Source: Callorhinchus milii (taxonomy: Eukaryota). From it: 64,000 nucleotides of DNA. Within the stretch, counting starts at the first letter, position 1, and every line of letters begins with the position of its first letter. Below the pieces are notes generated by a model. It worked only from the letters and a program-made list of their open reading frames with translations. It ran no database searches and was not told the origin of the DNA. Below, piece after piece: positions 24,363 to 36,790 of the stretch. The stretch covers positions 2,976,001 to 3,040,000 of the forward strand of contig NW_024704749.1 in assembly GCF_018977255.1 (NCBI RefSeq). The letters are read 5' to 3'. Position numbers and translations under genes: made by a program.

Positions 24363-25869
24363 ACAAAGGCATTCAATAAAGTGACACATAAAAGATTGAT
24401 CCACAAGATCAACCTTTTGTGGAGTCCTGTAGCTCAGTGGTTAGAGCATTCGCTTTGCAAGCGAGAGACCTGAGTTCAATTCCAGGCAGGTCAGGGCAAA
24501 ACCTTGGGCAAGTTTCCTTACTCCAACTGCCTAATAATAATCCCTCCAAAACCAAAAACAACAATAAATTGATCATTTTCAATCTACGACTGTTTGTGGG
24601 ACATTGCTGTGCGCAATTGGTTGCCGTGTTCACCCACAAAACAAATACAGTCAATTCACTTTACAGTGTGTTCTGTGAAGCGTTTTGGGAGTCCTCCCGA
24701 TGTGAAAAGCGCTATATCAAATGCAAGGATTATTATTATTATTATTAAGATTACGGCCCATGGAATTAAGTGGAATATATTAGCATGGATTGAAGAATGG
24801 CTAACGGGAAGAAAACAAAAACTAGGGATAAAAGGGTCCTTCGCAGATTGACGGGATGTGACCAATGGATGCCACAAGGATCAATGCTTGGCCTCAACTA
24901 TTTACAATCTACTTCAACGATCTAAATGAGGACATCAAACTTAATATATCTAAATTCGCAGATGACATTAAACTAGGAAGGAGAGTAAACACCAAGGATG
25001 ATATTTAAAAAATGCAATGAGGTATAGATAGGCTAGGTGAGTGGGCAAATAGGTGGCAGATGAAGTATAATGTAGGGAAGTGTGAGATCATCCACCTAGG
25101 TGGCAAACACAGTAGGGGGGATTATTTTTTAGAAGGGGAGAAACTAGATAGTGTTAGCATTCAGAGGGACTTGGGTGTCCTTGTACACCAGTCACAAAAA
25201 GTTAGTTTGCAGGTACAGCAAGCAGTTAGGAAGCTAACGGTATGTTGTCATTTGTTACAAAAGTGGTAGAATATAAGAGTAGGGATGTCTTGCTGCAACT
25301 GTACATGGCACTGGTGAGACCACAGCTAGAGTATTGTGTGCAGTGTTGGTCTCTTTATTTAAGAAAGGATGTACTCGCCTTGGAGGGGGTACCATGTAGT
25401 TTCACTAGGTTGGCACCAGGGATGAGAGGGATGAGTTATGAGGTAGGTTGAGCAATTTAGGCCTATATTCTCTAGAATATAGAAGAATGAGAGGTGATCT
25501 TATAGAAACCTATAAGATTATTAAGGGGCACGACAGAATGGATAGTGGAAGACTTTTTCCCCTGGTTGGAGAAACTATAACCAGTGGTCACAGTCTTATA
25601 ATTAGGGGTAAGCCCTTTCGCACTGAGTTGAGGAAAAACTTCACTCAGAGGGTAGTGAATGTATAGCATTCTCTACCCCAAAGGGCCGTAGATGCTCAGT
25701 CCTTGAACATATTCAAGACTGAGATTGATAGATTTCTCTGTGGATAAAGCAATTAAGGAATATGGGGATAAAGCGGGTAGATGAGTTAGAATGCATCAGC
25801 CACAATCTTATTGAATGGTGGGGCTGAATGGCCTACTCCTGCTCCTAATTCTTAGGTTCTTATGTTCTA
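24363..25869 (+). mobile_element. CR1 LINE 3' portion, interrupted by a SINE
   Basis: KAFNKVTHKRLIHKI / AHGIKWNILAWIEEWL, KFADDIKL and LYSLEYRRMRGDLIETYKI motifs; tail gcctactcctgctcct...ttcttatgttct. Confidence 0.9.
24421..24747 (+). mobile_element. Deu-domain SINE inserted into CR1
   Basis: CR1 coding sequence resumes after the (att)n tail; apparent duplicated aagat. Confidence 0.88.
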
Positions 25870-26766
25870 ACACCTTCTATTATATTTGTTTCAATATTGA
25901 TCTGCAAAAAACAATGTATAATACGTACCAATTTAATTGTTTGCGATAAAGGGAAAACTCCTTTTGGCAATATAAACGCTTGTTGTAAAGATTGTCTTAA
26001 GCATATGGTTACGTTGATTGAGATCTATCGACATTGGTGGGCTATGTAGTTGGGGAGGAGGGAGGTGGAGATCAACGTATGTCAGTTAATTAGCTTCCAA
26101 ATCCAGGATTGATGTACACCATTGTTGGGACAGAACATTTCATATGCACATAGTTTGTAAGAACGTTCATGACTTAATATTTAACATTGTGCAATACTTT
26201 GACTTCACTTTCACTTTAAGTTGTTTTCAGTTTAATTTGAAGATTGGTTCTTTTTAAGAACGACATGAAAAGGTTTCCAAATTACCATAGTGATTTTACT
26301 AATTCATCAAATATTTAATGTTTATCTAAAAAAATTCTAAATATTCATATAATTATAAAAATAAACCTTGTGGTATGGACAAAAATGAATGAAATCAAGA
26401 GAAGAACTGGAAGAAAAAGAGCCACAGTACAGAGAACAATGGACAAGTTATTTTATTAAGATGCGGGATCTGTTAATTCTGTAATGTTACACAAGGCTCT
26501 TCATCATTACAGTGCTAAAACACTGTAAAATACAACCATTCAATCCCAACAAACTGACAAAGGGTTTTAATATATTACTTCAAAGATCTAAAAGCTTCTT
26601 TCTACCTGTCGAGAAATTTACCGAAAGTGTTTACAAGGCAAATTTGTTCCTCAAATTGGACATTCCTGACAAAATGACCATCATTTAGAAAAGATTACGA
26701 ACACAATTACTATTATTTAATGTAGATTGCCAATGGTACATTCAGCTAGCACGGCACAATCCCAAT

Positions 26767-27089
26767 TTAGGTACAACTAAATCTGGCGATGCTTCTTTCG
26801 ATCGGAGTGGCCAGAGTCTGGTGTTTGACCACACAGGAATACAGGTCGTGTTACTCCCACTTGGAGGTTGGCAGAGTCAGATAACTGCTCACACTGTACG
26901 TGTTGTCCGCCTGCTGTTTGATCGCACTCGTTTCAACACTTTCACTTCTGGCACCGCCATCCACAATCCACTCGACCTCCACAGCTCCCGGGATAAAATC
27001 ATTCACCAGACACACCAGGGTCGCCTTGCTCTTTGCTGTGATTTGATCTGGTGAAGGCGGAAGGACAGTCACCGAAGGGCCCCGTGGGT
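26767..27089 (-). pseudogene. IGLC: Pseudo C exon without VJ
   Basis: Full 323-nt C homology, but the acceptor AG is mutated to AA (27090-27091) and TCA is changed to TAA at 26851-26853. Confidence 0.92.
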
Positions 27090-27387
27090 TTGGAAGGCAA
27101 ATATTTTATATTTTAAAGGTGGAAGTATCAAAACCGGGGCTCATTGCTCTGCTCCAAACTGTATCAAAATGCACTACCGCACTTGCTAAGTGAACTGACC
27201 ATAATGTTTCAATTGTTCTAAAAGTAATGGATCAGAAGGTAATGTGAATTGTCGGTGAAAGAAACCTATCCTTGAATTGTTGCTAGTCTTCTAGATACCA
27301 GTCAAAAAGTGTCTCTAGGATGGTTCAATTCTCATCATATTCAATTAGTTACTCACTGGCAACATTTCCACGTTATGACATTATTAT

Positions 27388-27460
27388 GGAGTCCTGTCGC
27401 TCAGTGGTTAGAGCACTCACCTCGCACGGGAGAGACCTTGGTTCGATTCCCCATAGGCCA
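27388..27460 (+). mobile_element. Isolated tRNA-Ala-like SINE head
   Basis: A and B boxes recognisable, mismatched acceptor and anticodon stems, same ggagtcctgt start as the SINE family. Confidence 0.65.
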
Positions 27461-28323
27461 AAATATTTGTCTTAAAAACAGAAGTTGCTGGGAACATGCA
27501 GCAGGTTAGGTCGTATCTATGGAGAGAGGAAAGTTAGTTAATGTTTCAGGTCAATAGCCTTTTGTCAGAACATTTGTATAGAGCCTTGGATAAAAGATAA
27601 AATAAAATAATCCTCAATTGGTTCCAGAATATTGGAAGCCTCTTAAACCACTGAATATAATATATTGTTCCCTTAAGGCCATATTTAAGTGCTCACCTGG
27701 ATTGTTAGCTCAAAGACCTGATGTGGAGCTTGAACCCACAGCCTTGTTGTCTTGTGACGTAAAAGTCATATGTCCAAAGAATTCTCTTCATGGGTCGGAG
27801 GTCCCAAGTATCAGCAGGTGGGGGGGGGTGGGGGGCTCCTATGGTCTATATCTGTAGTCCAGGATGAAGCAGCGAGGTGGAATTTTAGTGAAAAGGGAAA
27901 TGGCTGCAGTGAAGGAGGGTTCTGGCCTATGCTGAACTGTCACTGAGCAACAACAAAAACATGCATTTATGTAGCATTCCTCATGTACAATAGCACCTGG
28001 AAGTGCTTTACAATGAAAACAACAACAAATTCTATTTGTATAGGGCCTTTCACGTTGGGAGGACATCCCAAGTCACTGGATCATCAGAGATTTGGATCCC
28101 AACTTGGTTAGAGGGCAGGGAGCGTAGCAATATGAGAGTGACCAAAGATGCAGTCAAAGAGGATGGTCGTGAGATGGGCCTTGACGGAGGCAAGAGAGGG
28201 AGCAAGGCAAATGGACTGCAGGAGAATTACAAAGGACAGGGCAGAGAGGCTGAAGGCCCGATGTTGATGGTGGGGTGGACCTGGTGGGGAAATGGAGCAA
28301 GTGTACTAAGCGGAGGGAGTGGA

Positions 28324-29545
28324 CAACAACAACAACAACAACAAGATTCCATTTATAGAGCGCCTTTCACGTCAGGAGGACGTCCCAAGGCGCTGCACAG
28401 TTGGGTCATGACCCGAGCAGGGGGGAAATGGTCAGGGTGAGGGGAGGGAAGGGAGGGAGAGAGGAGGGGGAAATGGTCAGGGTGAGGGGAGGGAAGGGAG
28501 GGAGCGAGGAGGAAGAGAGTCGAGAGGGGAGCTGAAGGCACGGTCAAAGAGAAAGGTTTTGAGACCGGCCTTGAAGGAGGAAAGGGAGGAAGCAAGGCGA
28601 AGGCACTGGGGGATGGAGTTCCAGAGCCTCGGGGCTGAGAGGCTGAAGGCCCGACCACCGATAGTAGGGCGGTTGGGGCGGGGGACGTGGAGCAGACCGG
28701 AGCCAGAGGAACGGAGGGTACGGGCAGGTAGGTAGGGGGATAGTAGGTTGGAGAGGTAGGAGGGAGCAAGGCCGTGAATGGCCTTGTAGGTGAGGATGAG
28801 GATCTTGAAATCAATCCTCTGGGGGATGGGGAGCCAGTGGAGGCGAGCGAGGGTGGGAGTGATGTGGTCCCGAAGCCTGGTGCGGGACAGTACACGAGCT
28901 GCAGAGTTCTGAATGACCTGCAGCTTGTGGAGGGAGGTGCGGGAAGGCCGGCGAGGAGAGAGTTCCCATAGTCCAGCCTTGAGGTGACAAAGGCGTGAAC
29001 CAGGGTTTCAGCAGCGTGAGGGGTGAGGTAGTGCCGTAATCTGGCGATATTCCGGAGGTGATGGAAGGCGGTGCCAGTTGTGGTGCGGATGTGAGGGAGA
29101 AAGGACAGCTCAGGGTCGAACAAAACGCCGAGGTTCCTGACTGGCTTTGAGAGGTGGAGAGTGCAGCCTTGGATGCTGATGGTGTCAGAGCCTGAGGTGC
29201 GGAGGCGCTGACGTGAGCCAATCAGGAGGGCCTCGGTTTTTCGCACGTTGAGCTGAAGAAAGTTGTCTCTCGTCCAGGACTCGATGTCGGACAGGCAGGC
29301 TGTCAGGACATCGGTGGTCGTGGAGTTGAGAGTAGAGGAGGAAAGGTAGAGTTGGGTGTCATCCGCATACATGTGGAAGTTGACCTCATATCTGCAGATG
29401 ATGTCACCAAGGGGGAGATACTGAAGAGGAAAGGACCAAGGACAGAGCCCCAAGGAACAACACACCATGTGATGCGGGAGTTCATTGAAGATGGGAGGAG
29501 AAGCCAGCCATTCATGGAGACAAAGTGGAGACAGTGTGAAAGGTA
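28324..29545 (-). mobile_element. L2 LINE 3' portion, same young family as 19868-22750
   Basis: HMYADDTQLY motif, highly similar 3' ORF and UTR, (caa)n tail on the plus strand. Confidence 0.92.
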
Positions 29546-29862
29546 ATAATAATAATAATAATAATAATAATCCTTGCATTTGATATAGCGCTTTTCACGT
29601 CGGGAGGACGTCCCAAAGTGCTTCACAGAACACACTGTAAAGTGAATTGACTGTATATTTGTGGGCGAACGCGGCAGCCAATTGTGCACAGCAATGTCCC
29701 ACAAACAGTCATGGATTGAAAATGACCAATTTATTATTGTTTTTGGTTTTGGAGGGATTATTATTAGGCTCTGTGTGGAGTAAGGAAACTTGTCCAAGGT
29801 TTTGCCCTGACCTGCCGGGGATTGAACTCAGGTCTCTCGCTTGCAAAGCGAGTGCTCTAACC
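29546..29862 (-). mobile_element. Deu-domain SINE abutting the truncated L2
   Basis: Lacks the first ~18 nt of the head; tail joins the L2 5' truncation point. Confidence 0.88.
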
Positions 29863-29869
29863 TGGAGTT

Positions 29870-31330
29870 GAGGGAGCAGGCTTCATTTTAGTCTTGATGG
29901 AGGTGCTATGTAAATGTAATTTATTGTTGTTGTTGAAAGAAGAGGGGGAGACAAGTTCAAAAGTGTGGAGAGAGGGATGGGTATGGGCCCGAGCGTGAGG
30001 GAGAAGTGGGGGTGAAAGCGAGGTGGGAAAGGGTGGCAGTAAAGAAGGCAGAGGCAGCTGAGTGGATCTCGAGGAAGTCCACTCGAGGAAGTCCAGCATC
30101 TCCTCACAGTTGGAATTGGTGAAGAAGATGGGTTAGGCATGAGAGGGTGGGTGGAGAAGCCAGTGGGTGGTGGGCAGAGGGATGGTGGAATTAAGCGAGA
30201 TGAAGTAATGGTCTGAGATGGCTTTGTTGGTGATAGTGATGCCTAAGATGCTGAGGCATCAGGTAATCATCAGATCAAGCAGATGGCCATGGACATCAGT
30301 AGCAGAGTTGATGTGGAGGGAAAGGTTGTGACAGCAGGCAGTAGACGTCAGAGGAGGTAGGACAAAAAGGAGTGTAGTAGAGGTGGAAGTCGTTTAAGAC
30401 CAGGAGGCATTCAGAACAACAACAACAAAATTACATTTGTATAGTACCTTTTACATCAGGAAGATGTCCCAAGGTGCTGGACAATGAGTGTTTCAGACCC
30501 TGGGTCGGGAGCAGGGAGGGTTGAGGCAGGGGGGGAATGAGGGTGACTGAAGGCAAGGTTGAAGAAGAGGGTCTTGAGACCGGTCTTGAAGGAAGAATGG
30601 GAGGAGATGGAGGGCCTGCGGGATGGAGTTCCAGAGAGTGGGGGCGGAATGGCTGAAGGTCCAACCGCCAATTGTGGGGCGGGCAAGGCAGGGATCGTGA
30701 AGCAGGCTGAAGTCTGCTGAGTGGAGAGAGCGGGAAGGTTGGTAGGGGGTTAGGAGGTCGCAGAGGTAGGGAACAAGGCCATGGAGGGCATTGAAGGTGA
30801 GGACCAGGTTCTTAAACTGTATCCTCTGTGTGATGGGAAGGCAGTGGAGTTGGGCGGGGATGGGGGGGTGATAGGTTCACAGAGCTTGGTGTGGGAGAAG
30901 ATATGGGCTGTAGAGTTCTGGATGATATGCAACCTATGGAGGGAAGAGTTGGGGAGACCAAAAAGCAGGGAGTTTGTATAGTCAAGCCTGAATGTTATGA
31001 ATGGATGTATGAATATCTCAGCGGCCTGCGTTGTGAGGCAATGGCGGAGCTGGGTGATGTTGTGGAGGTGGGGGAAGGCAGAGCAGGTCATGACACAGAT
31101 GTGGGGTAGAAAGGATAGTTGAAGGTCAAATAAGACTCCAAGTTTCCAGAGTGGCTCAGTGAGGTGGAGTGTGCTTCCTTGGATGGTGATGCTGTCAGTG
31201 TCTGAGGTGTGGAGGCGCTGACTGGAGCAATCAGGAGGGCCTCAGTCTTGTTCAGGACAGAGAAAGGTGGGGATGTCACAGGGGAAAGTGGGAGAGGATG
31301 TTAGAGGTGCAATAAATGAGGAGAATTTAA
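29870..31330 (-). mobile_element. Nest of old L2 fragments
   Basis: AEIFIHPFITFRLDYTNSLLFGLP motif, L2 tails and an endonuclease-region fragment near 30140-30410. Confidence 0.7.
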
Positions 31331-31631
31331 GGGAAAGATTGGAGGGATAGCAAAGAGGTTCAAAGGAGGGGAAGGATCGATAGGAGCAATTAAAGAGATA
31401 GGCCAAGTGGGGACTTGAGAGCCACACCCCCACCACGGTGGTTAGGTCATTGGGTATGGTGGAAGCTACAGTTGGATGGGGTGGCCTAAGTCAGGGAGAA
31501 CAACAAAAACAACAAATTATGCTTGTGTAGCGTCCTTCAGGTCGGAAAAATATCATAGACTGCCAAAGGTGTTGCCTGGGGCAATCCAGGTTTTAGTGAG
31601 ACTGAGGATGTCAATGTTTCCGTCAATAATG

Positions 31632-31656
31632 NNNNNNNNNNNNNNNNNNNNNNNNN
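31632..31656. other. Assembly gap (25 N)
   Basis: Run of N. Confidence 1.
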
Positions 31657-32699
31657 GTTTATATTTTCTCGAGCAATTATTATCAGGCGTGTGGGCTAGG
31701 AAACGTGCCCAAGTTTCACCCTGCTGGGAATCAAACCCAGGTCTCTCACTTGCAAAGTGAGTACTCTAACCACTGACCTATAGGGCTCCACTTATTTCTT
31801 TTTCCACGGAGGGGATTTTTCTAGAGACACTTGTGGAAGGAAAAAGATAGGTTTGAGTAGACATTATGAACGCGTGACTTGAGCATATTTTGAATTAGAC
31901 AATGATAAACGAATAGCAATTTCTCACGTCAAATATTAAGTGAATTTATTATTGTAAATCTATATTTCCTTCCAGGGAACAGAGATCCAATGGCATCAAA
32001 ACACAAGCACTCAATTCCCATCTCCTGGACCTGTTGCCCGCGCTCTAATGTGATGCACTATGGAACGAGAATTGAAAAGGAGATTTGTGTTGCTCAAACC
32101 CGCTGATGGAAGAAAAGTGCTGATTCCACCAGTGTTCCCACTCGCTTGTATTGAATTCTGAGTATGCATTGCTCCCAATACATTTTTGTTACACGTAAAT
32201 GTTAAATGGCTTTTACATGCGTAGAAATTCACAACAGCCTTCATTTAAAAAAAATAATCCTGCAGTACATGTATTCTGTTAGAAATTAAATACATGGATA
32301 ATAATACTTTTGAGAAAACCTTTTCATAACAGGAGACATTCACGATGCTTCATTGAATATACTAGGTATAGGTTGCAGGCAAATGTGGCAGTCAATTTGA
32401 GCATAGTAATATCTCCCAAACAGCCTTGAAGTGAATGGTATAATATATATTAGGGAAGTTGGACAGGACACCAGATGTTTTCTTCTTCATTTGCATTGTG
32501 ACATGTGATCCTGAACGTTCACATGAATAAGAAAATGTGATTTTGTTCAGTCTCATCCAAAAATGGCACCTCCAACAATGCAGGGCGTCCACATCATGAT
32601 ATTGCAGCAGGTAATTTACTCAAAGCTTCAATTTTGTTATCGTTTTTAAATTACTTACATTAAATGCTTTTACATTATACTTTTTATCCTTTTAATATA

Positions 32700-35320
32700 T
32701 CTTCTATCTCTTTAATATCTCTGTCTCCACCCTCAACTCCAGGACAGCTTGTGTCCTCACCGACTGCATATCCGTCATCAAGTCTTGGTCAAGGGAGAAC
32801 CTTTCTGCAACTCAACTTCAGCAAGACTGCACCTCGGGCGTTGGCAGCATCAGCATTCATGGCTGCACATTCATCCTCACAAAGCCAGTCTGGAACCTGG
32901 GTGTCTTCTTTGACAAGCCACAGATCATTCAAATCTTTGGAGCTCGTGTACTCTCGTGCACCAGGCTGTGACCCCATCACTCCCACCCTCACCTGATTCC
33001 ACTGGCTCCCCATCCTCAGAGGATCGAATTCAAGATCGTCGCCCTCACTTTCAAGGCCATCCATGGCGTTATCCCCTCCTACGTAGCTGACCTGGTGATG
33101 CTCCCCAACCTGCCCGCTCCTCCATTCAGCAGCCTCCGGGCTGCTCCTGTCTCCCAGCCGGCCCACCCTACCATCAGTGGCCGGGCTTTCAGCCTCTCTG
33201 CCTCCACAGTTTGGAACTCCATCTCACGGTCCCTGAGCTCGCTCCTACCTTGCCTCCTTCAAGGTTGGTCTCAACACCCTTCTCTTCGATTGTGCCTTTA
33301 GTTGCCCTCCACCTCTTTGAATTCCCTCACTCCCCCATGCTCGGGTCCAACTCCTGTCTCTTCAGCATTTTGGGACGTTCTCCAGTCGTAAATAATTTTA
33401 TTGTTGCTGCTGAAGGAAGAAAAGTACTCAAGTGTAGTTTTCCATTAGCGTTCACAGTCGCTTGTATTGTATGTGCCGATCCAATGCACGTTTGTGATTG
33501 GTAAATATCAAATGGCTCGAAAATGCAGAGAATCATAGAGCAGACTTCATTTTAAAAAGGCCTCCTACACTGTATGTATTGTGCTAAAAATGAAATACAT
33601 AGATAATAATACTTATCAAGGCATCCCCATCATTGCATTGCAGCAGTTAATTTACTCAGGTCTTCAGTTTTGTTAGTATTATTTTGGGAACAGTTCAAAT
33701 TTCCACTTATTCATAGGATATAGAAACATGTCATTGTAGGTAAGAAGCATGCCATTCAACTCATCCTATATATACCCTCATTTTGAAGGGCGGTTTATTT
33801 ACAAATAATCATGCATTCCAGCTTTTCCTCTGTATTCCTCCATGTTTTTATTTTTCAGTGATCAAGTCCTGGATGAGAGCTGACTTACTCTATCAAAAGT
33901 TGAAAGGGTGGGACCCTCTTGCTTGACTTCAGTCAGCATATTCTCACTCAGGCTCTTACAACGTCGCTATTGGCATATGGACTTCATTCATCTATCGATT
34001 CTCATGTTTGACCCTCATCCCACCTTTATCCCCATATTGGTGCTACGAATCATTCTGCTTTTCCACACATTGGCTGCATTGTCCAACTCTGCCACTGCTC
34101 TCTCCCTCATTCTGCCAAACCCTAATTCATGCATTGATCACGTCCAGGCGGGTGGAATTTATGTTAACCCTCTGCTAACTGGATTTTCCAACTCTTCCCT
34201 CCATAGGTTAAAGATTATTCAGAACTCTGCAACTATCCCTCACCAAGCTCCATGAGGCAATCACCCCCAACCCAAAGAGGAACACGCTGAGGATCCTCAA
34301 CATTATTTTAAAAGCACTCAACTTTATTGGTCCTTAACACCTTACCAACATCTGCTCTATTCGCTTAATACTGGTCTGCATTACCTTCAACCGACCCACC
34401 ATCAGCAGGCAGGAATTCAGCCTTTTTTTCCCACCTTCTGGAACTCCATTCAGAAATCTCTACACCTTACCCTGCCTTCCTTCCTTCAAGGCTCATCTCA
34501 AGTCCTATTTCTTTGACAATACCTCGGTCATCATCCACCCCATCAACTTTGAGCCCAAATCCCTAGCAAACCCTTGAGTGTGCAACATTTTGTGATGTAA
34601 TCCAACATGAAAAAAACTATATAAACGCAATTTGTTGTTGCAGTTGTGTGTCAAGATCAATGGCTTGTAAGAAGCATGCCATTCAGTCCATCCTATATGT
34701 ACCTTCATTTTGAAGGGCAGATGATTTACAAATATTCATGCGTTCCAGCTTTTCCTCTGTATTCCTCAATGTTTTTATTTTTCAGTGATCAAGTCTTGGT
34801 TGAGGGATAACTTTCTCCAGTTAAAAGTTGAAAGGGTGCAGACCCTCTTGCTTGGCTCCAGTCAGCACATCCTCACCTCATACCTGATAACGTAACTATT
34901 GACAAATGCACTCTTCACCTCACAGAGTACCGATTCTTGCTGTCATGTTCGACCTTCATCCATCCTTTATCTCCATATCGATGGTACGAACCTCTCGGTG
35001 TTTCAGCACCTTTCACGACATTGTCCAATTCTGCCACTGACTCTCCCCTCATGCCGTCAAAACCCTCACTCATGCATTCATCACGTCCTGGCTCGTCTAG
35101 GTAACCCCCATCTCTTCCCAACTCTTTCCTCCATAGGCAAAAGATAATTCAGCACTTTGCAACTATCCTGCAACCAATCTCCATGAAATGATCAACCACA
35201 ACTCCACAGAGCTTTGCTGGCTCTCTGAACCCAGGAGGAACAAGTTCAAGATCCTCATCCTTACAATGAACACCCACTACTTTATACTTAGCAGCTTAGC
35301 GGGCACTGGTCTGCACCATG
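32700..35320 (+). mobile_element. Series of old L2 3' fragments (duplicated at about 44520-47180)
   Basis: Repeated degenerate FLQLNFSKT / WLRDNYLQL / LHWLP motifs. Confidence 0.7.
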
Positions 35321-36290
35321 TCGACCACCCACCAAAAGCAGAAAGCCATGTTATTCTCGGTAATGGAGAGTACGCAACCCAGTAAAATTAAACGGATAAA
35401 AATGTATAGTATCTTCCCTTTGGTGGCCAAACAGGATAATCTATAATGAATAAGTGATGCAATATACTATCAAATTGGATGTCTGTCATGATTTTTATCT
35501 GCTAATCTGGGCTGACACTGCAGTCCATTACGAAGGTAGTGGTGCATTTTTGCCCCTAAACTCTAGAACTCCATTCTGGAATCTATTCCCCTTCCCTGTC
35601 CTCCGTCGGTGAATGCTAACCTCAACTCCTTTCTCTTTGATTGTACCTTGGTCATCCTTCCATTTCATCCCCGTTGATTTAAATCGCAGCTCCGGTACAA
35701 AGTTTGATGGGCCATCTCTACGTCATCCCAATATGAAACACATTACATAAATGATTTTTTATTGCAGTTTTCAGTCATTATCAGTGACTTTTATTGCGGT
35801 GGAGCGCCTGCCATTACGACTAACCTAATTTGACAGTCTAAAATATACTGTTTGGAGGTATCTCATCACAAAGGAATCCCCACTAACCTCATTTCTCCCA
35901 CACCCTCCGCCTGCTGGAAGGGTTGACACGAGTTGGAGATTCAGTGTCCAACAAGCACAGTTTTCAACATTCATTGGGTAAACAGCTAATACCAGGAAGT
36001 CCATCTGAACCTGTGTATTACCATGTGAAACGCTTGAGAGCATCACTATCATCCTCCTGACCAAAGTGTTTCCAAACTTAACACTAACAACGGAGAATAC
36101 ACTACCTGGTATAATTAAACTTCTGATGTGCATATGTCCTCAGGTGGCACCAAACAGGATATTCTACAGTAAATAATTCATACAATCTAATACTAAATTG
36201 AACATCTGTCATGATTTCTATCGAATAACCAGGGCTGTCATCAATGAGGTTAGTGGTGCATTATCAGAAGTTGCATTTTATGAATCATGA

Positions 36291-36571
36291 ATAATAAATA
36301 ACAATAATCCTTGCATTCAATATAGCGCTTTTCACGCTTCTCGACATCCCAAAGCGCTTCACAGAATTTACTGTAAAGTGAATTGACTGTATTTGTGGGC
36401 GAATGCGGCAGTCAATTGTGCACAGCAGAGTCCCACAAACAGTCATGGATTGAAAATGACCAATTTATTTATTTTTTTTGTTTTTTGGAGGGATTATTAT
36501 TAGGCGTGTCGAGTAAGGAAACTTGCCCAAGGTTTCGCCCTGTCTGGAATTGAAATCAGGTCTCTCACTTG
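36291..36571 (-). mobile_element. Deu-domain SINE (duplicated at about 48165-48451)
   Basis: Family match, 5'-truncated. Confidence 0.85.
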
Positions 36572-36774
36572 CCCTCCACGCAGAGAAGCGTCTCAGGGCG
36601 CTTGATTTCTACTGCTACAAATTGCTGCTCTAATATCTACTGTGTTTGGATGCAAAAACAGTCACTACACGTAGGAACCAAGTGAGTTGCTTTCATAAGA
36701 GCAGAAAATGAAACTGTCACTCATTCACAATTGTTGTCTCTGGAGAGTGAGGAAACTGTTTATTTATTGTGAGA

Positions 36775-36790
36775 CAGTGCCCTCTACGGA
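36775..36790 (-). promoter_or_regulatory. CTCF-like motif, second copy
   Basis: Identical 16-mer about 2.3 kb 3' of the C exon at 39084. Confidence 0.5.

Noticed and set aside
24421-25869. SINE-CR1 chimera
   Set aside because: CR1 sequence is present on both sides of the SINE, so it is an ordinary nested insertion.
27388-27460. Functional tRNA-Ala gene
   Set aside because: Stem mismatches, no Pol III terminator directly after it, and a 5' end identical to the SINE family head.
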